A stretch of DNA of 61,638 nucleotides, counting the filler, from Chiloscyllium plagiosum (taxonomy: Eukaryota), in the NCBI RefSeq assembly GCF_004010195.1. It is 4 parts of one record of this genome, joined end to end, with 100 filler letters (N's around TTAATTAATTAA, not from the genome) between each part and the next. Parts side by side here need not be neighbours in the genome. Positions count along the whole stretch, not along the records: positions 20,284 to 29,116 come from NC_057710.1; positions 29,217 to 38,099 come from NC_057710.1; positions 38,200 to 61,638 come from NC_057710.1; 1 more part is not named here. One strand, 5' to 3'. Shown in pieces: positions 25,623-38,283 of this stretch (positions are counted from its first letter, which is position 1; each line of letters starts with the position of its first letter). The position numbers and the translations under genes are program-made. A model generated the notes under the pieces. The model saw only the letters and a list, made by a program, of their open reading frames with translations, did not search any database and was not told the origin of the DNA.

Positions 25623-26340
25623 GCATTATGTTTCAGTGCCATTCTCATGCTTTTTCCACATATCATTGTGCTCAGCATACATTATACTCCAGCTGAAGTC
25701 TAATAAGTGTCTTGTATAAACTTAGCGTCATCTCTTTGTTCCTGTACTCTTTGCCTCTATTAGTAAAATCCAGGGTATGATGTGTAATTAACTGTTCTCT
25801 CCATCTTCAGTGATCTGTGCACATGTGCACCTGGGTCTGTCTGCTGCTGCTGCATCTCCTCAAGAATTATACCCCTTATTTTGTATTGTCTGTCTAAGTT
25901 CTTCCTATCAAAACACATCACCTTACACTTCGCCACATTGAACGTTATCTGCCATCTAACTGCTCACTCTACCAACTTGTCTGTGTCCTTTTGGATTCTC
26001 ATTGTCCTCCACACAGTTTACAGTGCTGCTGAATTTTGATTCAGGGAATAAATTTGAAATTGTGTCCTGTACATCACAATTTAGCTCATTAATGTATATC
26101 AGGAAAAGCAAGAGTCTTAATGTTATCCCCAGAGAACTCCATGACAAACCTTCTTCCAGGCCAAAAATACTGATTGTATTTTGTTGCCTTTTCCTATCAC
26201 TCAGCCAATATGTTGTTACTGTGCCTTTTAATTTTTTCAGAAGTCTGTTCTGTATTGAATACTTTTTGAAAGTCTATTGTTACCCTCATCAACAATGTAT
26301 TTTAACTGTTCAGAAAGCTTCAGGAAGTTAGTTAAATATG

Positions 26341-26476
26341 ATTCTGAGGAAGGGTCACCGGACCCGAAATGTTAACTTTGATTTCTCTTCATAGATGCTG
26401 CCTGACCTGCTGAGCTTTTCTAGTACCTTCTGTTTTTGTTTCTGATTTACAGCATCCTCAGTTCTTTTGGTTTTTC
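26341..26476 (+). mobile_element. Solo PLE terminal repeat beginning at an HHR motif
   Basis: attCTGAGGAaGGGTCaccgGACCCGAAATGTTA followed by gatgctgcctgacctgctgagc. Confidence 0.8.
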
Positions 26477-26820
26477 GATAAGTATGATTGCTTAATTGGT
26501 TTGTAAACAACCCATCTATCTCAAATAGCTTTTTCTAGAGACTTCTCTACCACTGAAGTTAATCTGACTAGATTGTAAATGCTGGGATTATCCTTACAGA
26601 CCTTTTTGTAATATTTGCAATGTTTCAGTCTTCTGGCACTAACCCAAAGTCAAGAGAAGACTATGACTTTGCAACTTCCCTCTCACTTCCTTCAATATCC
26701 TTGGATACATCATATCCGGTCCTGGTGACTTGTTAGTTTCAAAATCCTTGTGTCTACCAACACTTCCTCCTGATCCGTTTTGGACCGTTCTAGTGACAGA
26801 GTTACCATGGCCAGAGTAGC

Positions 26821-26952
26821 GCTTCACAGGAGGCTCCCAAGCACTGAGGATGTCACCTAGACAGGGGACGAAACGTCTGCCACACAAATTCTCAGCTCGG
26901 CGAACATAACCACAGCAATGAGCACCCGAGCTACAAATCTTCTCTCAAACGT
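26821..26952 (+). mobile_element. PLE 3' terminal fragment (third family) with well-formed HHR
   Basis: gca-CTGAGGA-t-GTCACCT-agac-AGGGGAC-GAAAC-GTC-tgc at 26841-26880. Flanking duplication gttaccatggccagagtagc at 26801-26820 and 26972-26991. Confidence 0.88.
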
Positions 26953-28139
26953 TGACAGAGTTCCCTCCTCTGTTACCATGGCCAGAGTAGCATTCATCTC
27001 CGAGGGAAAGACAGATGCAAAATATTCATCAAGTATTTCTTTCATATCCCATGCCACCAAATGTAAATTCCTTCTTTGGCCCCTAATTACTCTACTCCTC
27101 ATTTTACCACCTTTTTACTATTTGTTTACCTACAGAGCACTTTGGGATTCTCTTTATCTTAGTCACCAGTCTTTTATCATAATCCATATTAGATTTTTGT
27201 CTTTGCTTTTACATCTCTTCTCTGAACCTTCTGTATTTCTGTAGATTCTCAATTATATTTTCTACCTGATACCTATCATAAGCATACATTTTTTTCTTTA
27301 CCATATTTTCTGTGTTCCTTTTAAAGGAATATATTTTGACTGTGCCTGGACCATTTGTTTTTGAAGGCAGCCCATTATTCAGCTGCAGTTTTTCCTGCCA
27401 AAGTTTTATTCCTGCTTATCCAGAACAGCTCTGTTCTTGTTTCCTTGAAGTTGGATCTTCATCAGTTAATAATTCTTACTCTGATTGCCTGATGTCCTCA
27501 CCAATCATCATCATCCTTAATCTTACAATACAAAGTTTGCTGTCCCCCAAATGTTCCCCCATTGACACTCAATCTTTTTGCCTCACCTCACTTCCAAGAA
27601 GGATAAAGAGGAAGATAGGCAGTGGCACTTTACCCCAACCCCATTAGTAATAGCCATCAATTCCTCAGACAGAAGTGAAGGATTACGACCCCAGCCAAGC
27701 ATTAGAATGGGGAAAGTGAGGAAACTGAAGACAGGAATACCCATACATGGCTGCAATTCTAATACCTGTGGAGCACATTCTAGTTTTTTGAACCCAGTTC
27801 TAAGACGGACCCGAACCATTTCCCAATGACGTAAAATTGTGAATTAGAAAAGTAACAAAACATGTCAACTAGGAAATGGGTCAGCGTTCTGGGAAAATAA
27901 AACCAACCAGGACCAGTTCATAATAGTGAGGGGAAATTTAGATGAGGATGCCATCCAAGCAGAAAGCAAGCTATCAAGGGAGGTATAAGAGATGATTTTA
28001 ACTCCTAACACAGGCTGATACTGTGAGGCAAAAGCCCAGCAGGAATTCCAGTCAAGAGCTAATTAAAATGTTACATCATTGATTTGTATGTGGTGGTGAC
28101 ACCCCTCCAGAGTTGAGCAGAAGCCTCATCTATCGTCAT

Positions 28140-28265
28140 TCCTGATGAAGGGCTTTTGCCCGAAACGTCGATTTTGCTACTCATCGGATGCTGCCTGAAT
28201 TGCTGTGCTCTTCCAGCACCACTGATCCAGAATCTGGTTTCCAGCATCTGCAGTCATTGTTTTTA
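28140..28265 (+). mobile_element. Solo PLE terminal repeat beginning at an HHR; 16-bp TSD
   Basis: TSD cctcatctat(c/g)gtcat at 28124-28139 and 28266-28281. The insert begins tcCTGATGAagggcttttgcccGAAACGTC. Confidence 0.92.
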
Positions 28266-28776
28266 CCTCATCTATGGTCATACCTAGCAGTGTTAACACT
28301 GTAGATTAGAGTACAGCCAAATAGAGATATTCCTTGTAACTGCTTGCCTGCTTTGTTCTGCTGATAAAGCAGTTGTAAAATCATTGCTATAGACTTGAAG
28401 AGTAGAATCAAATTGATGTTTTATAGACAGAGAAGCAGTTAAAGTCAAGGCAGAGAGGAATGACTTAGACAGTGAAATGAATAGAAATGAGTAGTTTTAA
28501 AAAGGAATAGTTTCAAAAACAATGCTGAAAAGGCTTGGTTACACGCATAGTTGGTAAATAAATTGGATAGGTTAATGGGAAATATAAGTCTGAAACAAAG
28601 CCATGAAGGAACCTTGACATAGAATTTGTAGTCTAAGGCTTTCCTCTTCACTACCACACCACACATTTTTCTGTCATTTGCAAACTCGCTAATCATACTT
28701 CCTACATTCATGTACACAACATAGAGCAAGGGCCCCAGCACCGAACATCACTGGACTTGGGCTTCCAGTTACAAAA

Positions 28777-29116
28777 GGAGAAAGCGAGGACTGCAGATGC
28801 TGGAGGTCAGAGCTGAAAATGTGTTGCTGGAAAAGCACAGCAGGTCAGGGAGCATCCAAGGAACAGGAGAATCGACGTTTCAGGCAAGAGCCCTTCTTCA
28901 GGAATGAGGAAAGTGTATCCAGCAGGCTAAGATAAAAGGTAGGGAGGAGGGACTTGGGGGAGGGGCGCTGGAAATGTGATAGGTGGAAGGAGGTCAAGGT
29001 GAGGGTGATAGGCCGGAGTGGGGGTGAGGGCGGAGAGGTCAGGAAGAAGATTGCAGGTTAGGAAGGTGGTGCTGAGTCCGAGGGATTTGACTGAGACAAG
29101 GTGGGGGGAGGAGAAT
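28777..29116 (-). mobile_element. PLE terminal repeat running into a gap, adjacent to a CR1 fragment (28620-28776)
   Basis: Near-identical to 20007-20183 and to the reverse complement of 59040-59369; HHR on minus at 28871-28905. Confidence 0.9.
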
Positions 29117-29216
29117 NNNNNNNNNNNNNNNNNNNNNNNNNNNNNNNNNNNNNNNNNNNNTTAATTAATTAANNNNNNNNNNNNNNNNNNNNNNNNNNNN
29201 NNNNNNNNNNNNNNNN
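29117..29216. other. Assembly gap with artificial linker
   Basis: N44-TTAATTAATTAA-N44. Confidence 0.97.
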
Positions 29217-31042
29217 AGCCAAGAGGAGGGTCCAAAGTGACCAGCCGGTACCACAGCATGGCGGCCACCAGCTGGTTTATGACCAGCACTCGACTCCTGT
29301 AAGATAGCACTCGGAGCAGTCCTGTCCAGCGGCCTAGGCGAGCCGAGACTTTGGCCTCCAGCTCCTGCCAGTTGGCCGGCCAGGATTCCTCAGCCGGGCT
29401 GAGGTAGACCCCCAGGTAGAGGAGATGGGTGGTACTCCAGCTGAACCCCCGTAACTCCTCCGGCAGAGAGTCCACCCGCCACGGGCCGACCAGTAGTCCG
29501 GAACATTTGGCCCAGTTGATCCTGGCGGAAGACGCCGCCGGGTACACGGCCTGGCACTCGCGCATCCTCCCCAGGTCAGCCGGGTCGGTGAAAGTGAGGA
29601 GCACGTCGTCGGCGTAGGCCGAGAGGACCACCCCCGTGCCCGCGCCGCGCAGGACCAGCCCCGACAACCTCCTCCGCAAGAGGCGCAGGAAAGGCTCCAC
29701 GCACAGGGAATACAGCTGGCCGGACAGGGGGCAGCCTTGACGCACTCCTCTCCCGAAGCGAAGGGGCGCCGTCAGGGACCCGTTAACTTTAACCAGACAC
29801 TCTGCGGCGGCGTACAAAAGTCGGATCCGGGCGACGAACTGCGCCCCGAACCCGAATGCCCGCAGAGTCCCGAGCAGGTACTCGTGATCGACCCTGTCGG
29901 ACGCCTTCTCCTGGTCGAGAGACAGGAAGGCGCTCGGCAGACCAGCCCGTCGGCAGAAATGGATCAGGTCCCGGACCAGGTGGACGTTATCGTGTATCCT
30001 CCGGCCCGGGACCGTGTAGGACTGGTCCGGGTGGATCATGTGGGCCAGCACGGAGGCCAGGCGAGAAGACAACGCCCTGGCGAAGATTTTGTAATCCGTG
30101 CCGCGGAGGGAGACCGGACGCCAGTTCTTTAAGGAACGAAGGTCCCCCTTCTTTGGCAGCGGGACGATGACTGCCCTGCGCCAAGAAAGGGGCAGCAGTC
30201 CGGCATTTAGGCACTCCCCCAGGACCTGTGCGTAGTCGCTCCCCAGGACGTCCCAGAACGCCCTGAAGAACTCCACAGTCAGCCCGTCCAGCCCCGGGGT
30301 TTTGCCCCTCGAGAGCCGGTCGAGGGCGCCGGTCAGCTCCTCTAAGGTGACGGGAGCGTCGAGCCTTCCGGCGTCCTCCGGGCTGAGCTGCGGCAGGTCC
30401 TCCCACAGAACTCTGCGAGCATCCTCGCTGGACGGATCCGGAGAGAACAGAGCCGTGTAATAGTTCCGGACGTGGGCCCTGACTCCCTCCGGATCCGAGA
30501 CGAGAGACCCGTCGTCGGCCAGCAGCACAAGGAGCTGCTGACCGGTGCCACGCCTTTTTTCCAGCGAGTAGAAGAAGGGGGAGCTGCGGTCCAGGTCCTG
30601 GAGGAGCTGGATCCACGACTTCACGTACGCGCCCCGAGCCCAGACGAGCTGCAGGTCCCGGAGCGCGGCCTTCTTCTCTTCGTACACCCGGCTCAGGGCC
30701 AGGTCCGCGTCAGGCTGACCGAGGCGTGACTCCAGGTCGAGCAACTCCCTCTCCAACTCCCCGATCCTGGATTTCCGCCTCTTCGTCGAACCCCTCGCGT
30801 ACTCCTGACAGAAGACGTGGACGTGAGCCTTGCCCACGTCCCACCATAGCCTCAGGGAGGGGAAGCTTCCCCGCTTCCTTCTTCAGCCGGCCCAGAAAAG
30901 ATGAAACGAGTCCCAGAACCGCTCGTCGTCCAGCAGCAGGTTGTTAAAGTGCCAGTACGCGGAGCCGAGCCTGGCGCCGAACGGAAGGAGTTCCGCCCAC
31001 ACCAGGTGATGGTCCGTGCACGACACCTGCTGCGTGGAGGCC
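29217..31042 (-). mobile_element. Young 5'-truncated Tx1-clade (L1 superfamily) LINE ORF2: APE endonuclease C-terminus and RT
   Basis: ORF from 30837 into the gap contains PGLDGL, NWRPVSL, HPDQSY, LDQEKASD, GVRQGCPLS, YADD and YLGV. Upstream in frame lies TDHHLV..YWHFNNLLLDD, separated by one TGA at 30883-30885. Very GC- and CpG-rich. Confidence 0.93.
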
Positions 31043-31431
31043 TTCGGAAAACAAGTAGTTTAGTTATATTCTGATGGTCCATCATTGTTCGCTTATAGCT
31101 AGAATATATTTATAATAAATAGTTATCCTTGTTAAGAACAGAAGCCTGGTTAATGTTTTCAACTTGAGTCTAAAAGACCAGTAAATTAAGGAATTTTGTG
31201 TACTTTTATAAAATCTTTAGCTTTGTGAGGGCTTCAATAATGGTGAGACATGATTTTCATTGCATTAGCCCAGTGAGGTGAAACAACATGGACATATTTG
31301 AACAAGCTATCTGCCACACTTGAACAACAAGAAGTCTACTGCTATAATTAAAATATACCATTTATTTGATTTTTGCTGTTTCACTTATTTACGTTTAACC
31401 TGTTAATGTCCAACTTAATTCCCCATTAAAA

Positions 31432-31575
31432 CAAAACAAAGAATTGTGGTTGCTGGAGATCTGAAACAAACAAAAACAGAAATTACTGGAGAAATTCAGC
31501 ATGTCTGGCAGTATCTGTGGAGAGAAAACAGAGATAATGTTTCAAGTTGTTTTTCAATTACCCTTCTCGAGAACT
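31432..31575 (-). mobile_element. Old PLE terminal-repeat fragment
   Basis: gctggagatctgaaac..ctggagaaattcagcatgtctggcagtatctgtggagagaaaacagag is the reverse of the 5146/45790 family. Confidence 0.7.
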
Positions 31576-32267
31576 AGAAGCAGCTTGGAAAAGGTGTTAT
31601 TTATGCTGGGACAGTTAGCTGAATTAGTTAGCCTGTGATTCAGAATAATGCCAACATTATTCCTGTTGAGTTTGACTTTGGATATGCTTCCTCACCCTTC
31701 CTCTGAGAGCAGAAGGCAATGGCAAACCCCCAACACTGACTATAACTATCAAGAAAAAAGATCAAAATAAAGCAGCAGCTGACAATGAGCCAAGGACCTA
31801 ACTTCAGGCAGAGTACATATGAATGAATGAAGTCTCTAAATATAGTCATGTGTGTTGTAGCTTAATAAAACTATTTAGAATACTTGGACATTTGTTGCTG
31901 AGTAAATCATGGATTAATACTATCACCCCACTTCCCATATTTTACCTTTCTGAGGACCAATTCTAATCTCCTCTACAAATGAGAGAAAGGTTAAAAATTT
32001 AAAATTTGACCCCAGCCCACTCTTATTCAGTCTTATTGGCTCTGTGTAGAAAGCAAGGAAAAGATAATCAAATGAAATTTTGCCAACAAGTTCAGCATGA
32101 CTTCTGAATTTAGCACACATACATTTTTCCTAGCCATGACAACCACCCATCTGCCTTTTCCCCCACTCCCCCCATTCTATTTCACAGAATCTCATAATTG
32201 TTATGTGCGGAATGAGGTCATTCTGCCCATCATGCTTGCACTGGCTTTTTAAATGACTATCATTACT

Positions 32268-32358
32268 TTAAGGGTCCCGAGCTGAAACATTGATTCTTCT
32301 GCTCCTTTGATGTTGCTTGACCTGCTGTACTTCCTCCAGCTCCACACTTTATCGACTC
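32268..32358 (+). mobile_element. Truncated PLE repeat; 8-bp TSD
   Basis: atcattac at 32259-32266 and 32359-32366 flanks gaaacattgattc..cttgacctgctgtac. Confidence 0.65.
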
Positions 32359-33011
32359 ATCATTACCTAGTGCCAATCTCCTGCATTTCCCCCATACTCT
32401 TGCACATTATTTGAATCCAAATAATCATTCAATACCTTTTTAAATGTTTCAGTTGAACTTGCCTCCACCATACACCCAGGCAGTTCATTCCACATTCTAA
32501 CTACACACTGAATAAAAACGTTTTTTCTCAGTTCACCCTTGCTTCTTTTGCAGTCATCTGTACCCTTTTGTTCCTTTTTGCAGGTAGGATAGCTTCTCCC
32601 TATTGATCCAATCCACTCATGATTTTGAAAACCTCTATTAGATCTCCTCTTAGGCTTCTTCACTTCAGGCAGAACAGCCCCAACTTCTTCAATCTATCCT
32701 CCTAATTGGTTCCTAATCCCTTGAACCATTGTTGTAAATGGCTTCCATCTCTCTCCAATGTGTTTACATGTTTCCTACGATGTGGCACCTAGAACTGTCC
32801 ACAATATTGCAGCTGAGGCCTAACACGTAGGTTGTACAATTTCAACATCACCTTCTTGCTCTTGAAGCCCTACTGATAAAGTTTAGGATAGTATACATTT
32901 ACTATATGCTCTCTCTACCTGTCCTGGCATTTTCAATGATCTGTGCACATGTATATCCATGTCCCTCTGTTCCTGCACCCCCTTAATTCTAATATACCCT
33001 ATTTAGAATAA

Positions 33012-33097
33012 TGTGGAGATGCCGGAGTTGGACTGGGTGGACAATGTCAAAAATCAACCTGTTGGACGATAACCCAGTGTTGTTTGATTTTTGACCT
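33012..33097. mobile_element. Micro inverted PLE insertion; 12-bp TSD
   Basis: TSD tatttagaataa at 33000-33011 and 33098-33109. The ggagatgccggagttggactggg tail matches 50403-50425; inverted gtcaaaaatcaa/ttgatttttgac. Confidence 0.8.
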
Positions 33098-36000
33098 TAT
33101 TTAGAATAAGATCTATATTGTCTTTCAGTGTTCTTCTGAAAGAAATGCATCACCTCATAATTTTCTGCATTGAAACTCATCTGCTGCCTATCTGCTTACT
33201 CCACCAATTTGTCTCTGTCCTTCTGGAGTTCTGTTTTGTCCTCCTCAAAGGTTTTGATTTGTCAAAGTTTTCAGTTATCTGCAAAATTGGAGATTGACCC
33301 ATTAACCAAGACCGAGATAATGAATGTATATCAGGAAAGGCAATGGTCCTAATACCAACCCATGGAGAACTCCACTACAAATCCTCCACCAGCTGAAAAA
33401 ACATCAATTGACCATTAATCCCTGCTTCTAATTTTGTATCCATGTTGTTACTGACCCTTTTGTTCCATGACCTATAACTTTCCTCACAAGTCTATTGTGA
33501 CACTTTTGAAAACACCTTCTGAAAGTAAATGTACACCACATAAACAGTGTTACCATCATCAATCCTTTCTGTTACCTTTTCAAATAACTCCAGCAAGTTA
33601 GTTAAATATGATTTTCCCTTTAGAAATTATATGCTGACTCTTCGTAGTCAACCCACGTTTTTCCATGTGACTACTAATTCTATCTCAAATAATTTGTCCC
33701 TAGAAGCTTCCCACCACTGAAGTTAAACTGACTGGTTTGTAATTTCTGGACATGTCCTTACAACCTTTCTTGGATAAATCCATGATATTTGCAACTTCCC
33801 AATCTTCTGGCATCTCGCCTGAGTCAAGGGAAAACTGAAAAATTGTGGCCAGTATCCCAGCAAATTCCACTCTTAATTCCTTCAAAATTCTTAGATGCAT
33901 CTCACCTACTCATGGACTTTCTCTCTGTCTCCCCATAAATACTAGGATTATTATCTCTCTTGCAAATGTTGTGACTAGGAATATTAAGTTCCTAATCTTG
34001 TTCGAACTTGTACCATGGGTCCATTAGAGCTGTTATGTTATACTTCTGCAAAGTTATTAATGGCTCTGACACTCCAATTTTGTTTTGAATACCTTCTAGA
34101 TTTACACACCAACTATTTAATTCTGATACCAAATTTCAATGATGTTACTTTCTTTTAAGCTTTTATTTGTGATCTGTCCTTTGTTAATTTCCCATTTTAT
34201 CTTTCTTGTATTCTTCCATTTTTTAAGATTTGCTTAATACTTATTCTTTCCTGACATATTGGATTAACCTTTATCCATAACATAGTTTGTATTCTCAAGT
34301 AGAACATTGAAATGCTTCATACAGGCTTTCATACTCTGTTAAGAAAGAGCATTTCACTGCACCCATGGTCTTTTCACTGCACCCATGGATGCTTAAATCA
34401 GTCTTGCCTTTGTACGCCTGAACTTCATCAATTCTTCACTACGAAAATATTCCTTAATATTCTTTAAAAACTAGCTGCTATTATATTATATAAGCTGTTT
34501 TCTTCTTGCTGTCATTATGGAATTTTGCCAGTGTTGCAGTGTTGAGTTGAGCAGATTAAATTATCCTCTGCATTATTCGTGTATCAAGTATGGCCATTAT
34601 CTAATAATTTACAAGCTTACAGTGCCTCACTGACAAAATAGCACTGTCATAGATTGTGTTGAGAGAGGGAGGATATTGCAACATGACAGAAATACATTCG
34701 GCATATGCCAGGGCTGCACCTTATTTGAGAATACAGCCTTTTTGGGAAGTTGATATTTGGAGTGATTTGAGTGGCAGCACAGAAAATGATCATGATCTTA
34801 ATGTTGTTAATTTGTTTCCATTAAAGTGGTTTTGAGTTTGTTTAGCCAGCTTTTGATGTATCTATGTTCTTATAAATAGATTTAACATCTGCCTCCACAA
34901 TTTTCTGACACCTGATAAAGCCACTGTACAGCAGTCGCCAAGGACATGTATGCATTGTTACTTTACTGCGTATTTTGGAAGTAAGGCCATCAATGGTGTG
35001 GAGATAGCATGATGAATTGGATGACTTAAATCATTCATTCATCTTCCTGGTTGATGTTAAATGATCCACAATACCTACTTGCAATTATTCCAATCACTAT
35101 TACAAACCAATCAATATTTTATTTAAAAACTTGATTTTATGAGAACGTTACAGTAAACTAATATTCTGGAGTGACAAAATATCATGAATTTACAAAAATT
35201 TCAGTCAGTTGCTACTCATGGATAGCACAATCTCAAGATCATTTTAATCTTCTTCATATTCACACTAATCTAATTGCTTTAACATTCTCTTTGATTCTAA
35301 CTCTAAATTGGGACCTGTGTGTAAAAAAATTGAGACTTGACAACAAATAAATAATATTAATGCAAGATCTCTTAACCCCTCTCTCGTAAACTATTTTGGA
35401 ATTTATCATCAGTCGAAGAAAGCACCAATGTCTAAAATTGACTCTTCTGAACCGTCGTATCAGTTCCAAAAATATTAACTCCCATCCCAAGCATACAGTG
35501 GATGTATAGTTTGCAGGATGATGCATTAAAGACTTAAATGTATGGTGAATATATTCTGAATAGACTATTTTTAATGGCATTGGATATTGTGTCATTTGAG
35601 GTCCTGCCCGTCCATTAACATCATCAAATATAACTCCCATATTGGAATTGAAAGCTAATTTAAAACTCACTATTGCAGTACAGGTATTCCAGGATCAGGG
35701 AACCCAGAAGTGAAATGATGACTGGGAGCTAAGTGTTTCACGTTTCAAGTGTGTTTCATGGGCTATGACCGTCAATAACATGTACAGCCTCTCCTCATCA
35801 CTGACACCCCGTTCTTCTTCCAAATGACAATCGCTGATCTTCAGTCTTGCATTCCAACCTCATCGCTTCCAAGCAGGAAATGGATTTTCTTTTAAGTCAT
35901 AATATAACACATTTAATTTCAGCAGCACATCTGTAGTCCAAACTTGCTGTATTTTCATTTGTTGCCTCTTGACACCACCCTCCCCTAGAAATAATAATAT

Positions 36001-37639
36001 CAGGACAAACTTTTGTTTTGCAGAATTCAAGAAAGAAAGAATTCTGGTTGTAAGGTTGTGGAGAAATTCAGTAATTCATTTATGATAATACAATTAACAA
36101 CAAATTAATATTAATTTGTCATGATCCTCAATGTGCACAATATAATTGACAAATAATATCTCTGTTCACAAAGACAGTTCAATACATCAAAGTAATTCAG
36201 CACCACATAGGTTCTACTTCTTCAATTACCATGAGTGGCATAAAGTCAGTCATTTCAATTTAGATTGTAAAAAGCTAATCAGTTAATAACTTTGAATAGA
36301 TAAGCTCACCCAATTATATTACAATCTAGCAGGTTGAACCTACTGCTGGTAATCTAAACTAAAATGACAATCTTTCCACATTTTCTATAATGTCCTTCTT
36401 CCTAAGTAGTGTATTGCATACCTCCCTTTTGAGCTGCTTGGATTTATCTTCAGGATATCAATGTGTAATTTTCTCTATTTCCTTACCCTGTTTGAATCTT
36501 ACTTCTGTTTCAAACTCTTAACTTGTGTGTCTATTTTATTTAATTATTTCAATATTTCTGTCTAGTAGATCTGTTTACCTTCCCTGAAATCCAATGAGCC
36601 CCCTGAAAAGCCTTCCATTAGTCTTCCCTAGTTAACTTGTTTATGATCATTGGGTTAAAATATGACATATTTTATACAGTGATAATCTTTTCAATTTCAG
36701 CCAATCTATGCGATGAGGTCACTTGCAACCCACTTGTAGAAATGCTTTTCACTTTATCAGTCCATCTTGGTGCAAGACAGTACAAATTGAAGATGGCTTT
36801 CCTTTAGGTTATTATAGACTCTTATCTTAACATAACCTTCACTTAAACACCGACAAACCTAGGTGTTATTAGCTCCAACCACTGATGGAGACCAGCTAAA
36901 GCTATTATCTGTGAAAGATCCTTTTGCCCTCGGGTACTGCTGATGCCTGCCAGGTCTTCTCACAAATCTACAGCTTTTGCATGACTGACCACTGTTTACC
37001 TATGGGATGCACATTGCAGCTGGAACCTGCAATTGTAGGTCTTAGCTCAAATCTTCAAAGGATTTCACATTATAGGACTGTAATATAGCCTAAAATGCAT
37101 GATTTATGGTTACTTAATGACACCTGCAATAATCTGGGTTTTGAGATAGTCAATGGCAAAAAAGTTTGGGAAGTGCATAAAGCACTGCCTGATCTGCTCC
37201 TGCCAGTTTCCTGGGAGATGAGTGAGGTCAAATATCCTCCACTCTTGCTGTTTCCATGTCATTTTGAGTTTAATCATCTTTCTTAGGCTTACAGGTCACA
37301 AGGTGTACGTAACAGGAATATTCAGTACTTGCTTTATTTCACAGACACATATGCTATTTATTAAAGATCTGTCAGCTGAAACAGCATCCTGACTCCTGTC
37401 CTTTTGGGTTTAACAAACATGATTGAACATCTTTGAGTAAACGGCACACCAAAGTTAGTCAAGGTTTTAATTATTGTATAAATGATGACTTCCAATGGAC
37501 TATATTGGGATGGGGGGATGGGGAGGGGGACGGGGAGATTGTTATAAATTTAACTCTATCCCAGATTTCTTAGGGTTCACAAAAGTGATCAGTGAAACAG
37601 GTGAGATTGAGCTATAGGTGTGTATTTAAACTTGTGCTG

Positions 37640-38099
37640 GCCTTTTTTGACTGGGACTGCCATAGTGTTAAGGATTGAGATGGAGAGGAATTTCTTAAGT
37701 GCGTACAAGACAATTTTCTGGTTCAGTATGTGGATGTACCTACTTGACCTACTCTTGGGAATTAAGGCAGGGCAGGTGACTGAGGTGTCAGTGGCGGAGC
37801 ACTTTGGGGCCAGCGACCATAATTCTATTTGTTTTAAAATGGTGATGGAAAAGGATAGACCAGATCTAAAAGTTGAAGTTCTAAATTGGAGAAAGGCCTA
37901 TTTTGACAGTATTAGGCAAGAACTTTCGAAAGCTGATTGGAGGCAGATGTTCGCAGGTAAAGGGATGGCTGGAAAATGGGAAGCCTTCAGAAATGAGATA
38001 ATGAGAATCCAGAGAAAGTATATTCCTGTTAGTGTGAAAGGGAAGGCTGGTAGGTATAGGGAATGCTGGATGACTAAAGAAATTGAGGGTTTGGTTAAG
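37640..38099 (+). mobile_element. CR1 ORF2 APE endonuclease C-terminal fragment
   Basis: LDLLLG..EHFGASDHNSI..LNWRKA.F..W..F..WMTKEI in ORF 37620-38147. Confidence 0.9.
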
Positions 38100-38199
38100 N
38101 NNNNNNNNNNNNNNNNNNNNNNNNNNNNNNNNNNNNNNNNNNNTTAATTAATTAANNNNNNNNNNNNNNNNNNNNNNNNNNNNNNNNNNNNNNNNNNNN
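38100..38199. other. Assembly gap with artificial linker
   Basis: N44-TTAATTAATTAA-N44. Confidence 0.97.
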
Positions 38200-38283
38200 G
38201 ATATTGATGCCATGTTCCTAACCTCCCTACACTCCTGGCCCTGCACCCTAAAGCTACAGTCTGGTTCCCATGCCCCTGCAGAG

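Larger units (their letters stand above)
25630..27600 (-). mobile_element. Degenerate CR1 ORF2 interrupted by two PLE insertions
   Basis: Minus peptides LLFLIYINEL, KSPGPDMMYPRILKEV and EILDEYFASVF. Confidence 0.85.
32185..33905 (-). mobile_element. Degenerate CR1 ORF2 and 3' UTR with nested PLE fragments
   Basis: Minus peptides LRILKEL..PEDWEVANI..NYKPVSLTSVVG and KNVFIQCVVRMWNELP..FKKVLND. Confidence 0.88.

Noticed and set aside
29429..31085. Alternative-frame and antisense ORFs overlapping Tx1 (e.g. 29987-30616, 29737-30132)
   Set aside because: Shadow ORFs expected in GC-rich coding DNA.
34352..34388. Small direct duplications (also 49981-50032)
   Set aside because: Ordinary slippage or repair duplications.
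35260..35670. 136-aa minus ORF considered as an endogenous viral or host exon
   Set aside because: No recognisable motif, non-ATG start and no convincing splice context; a BLASTx would be needed to revive it.
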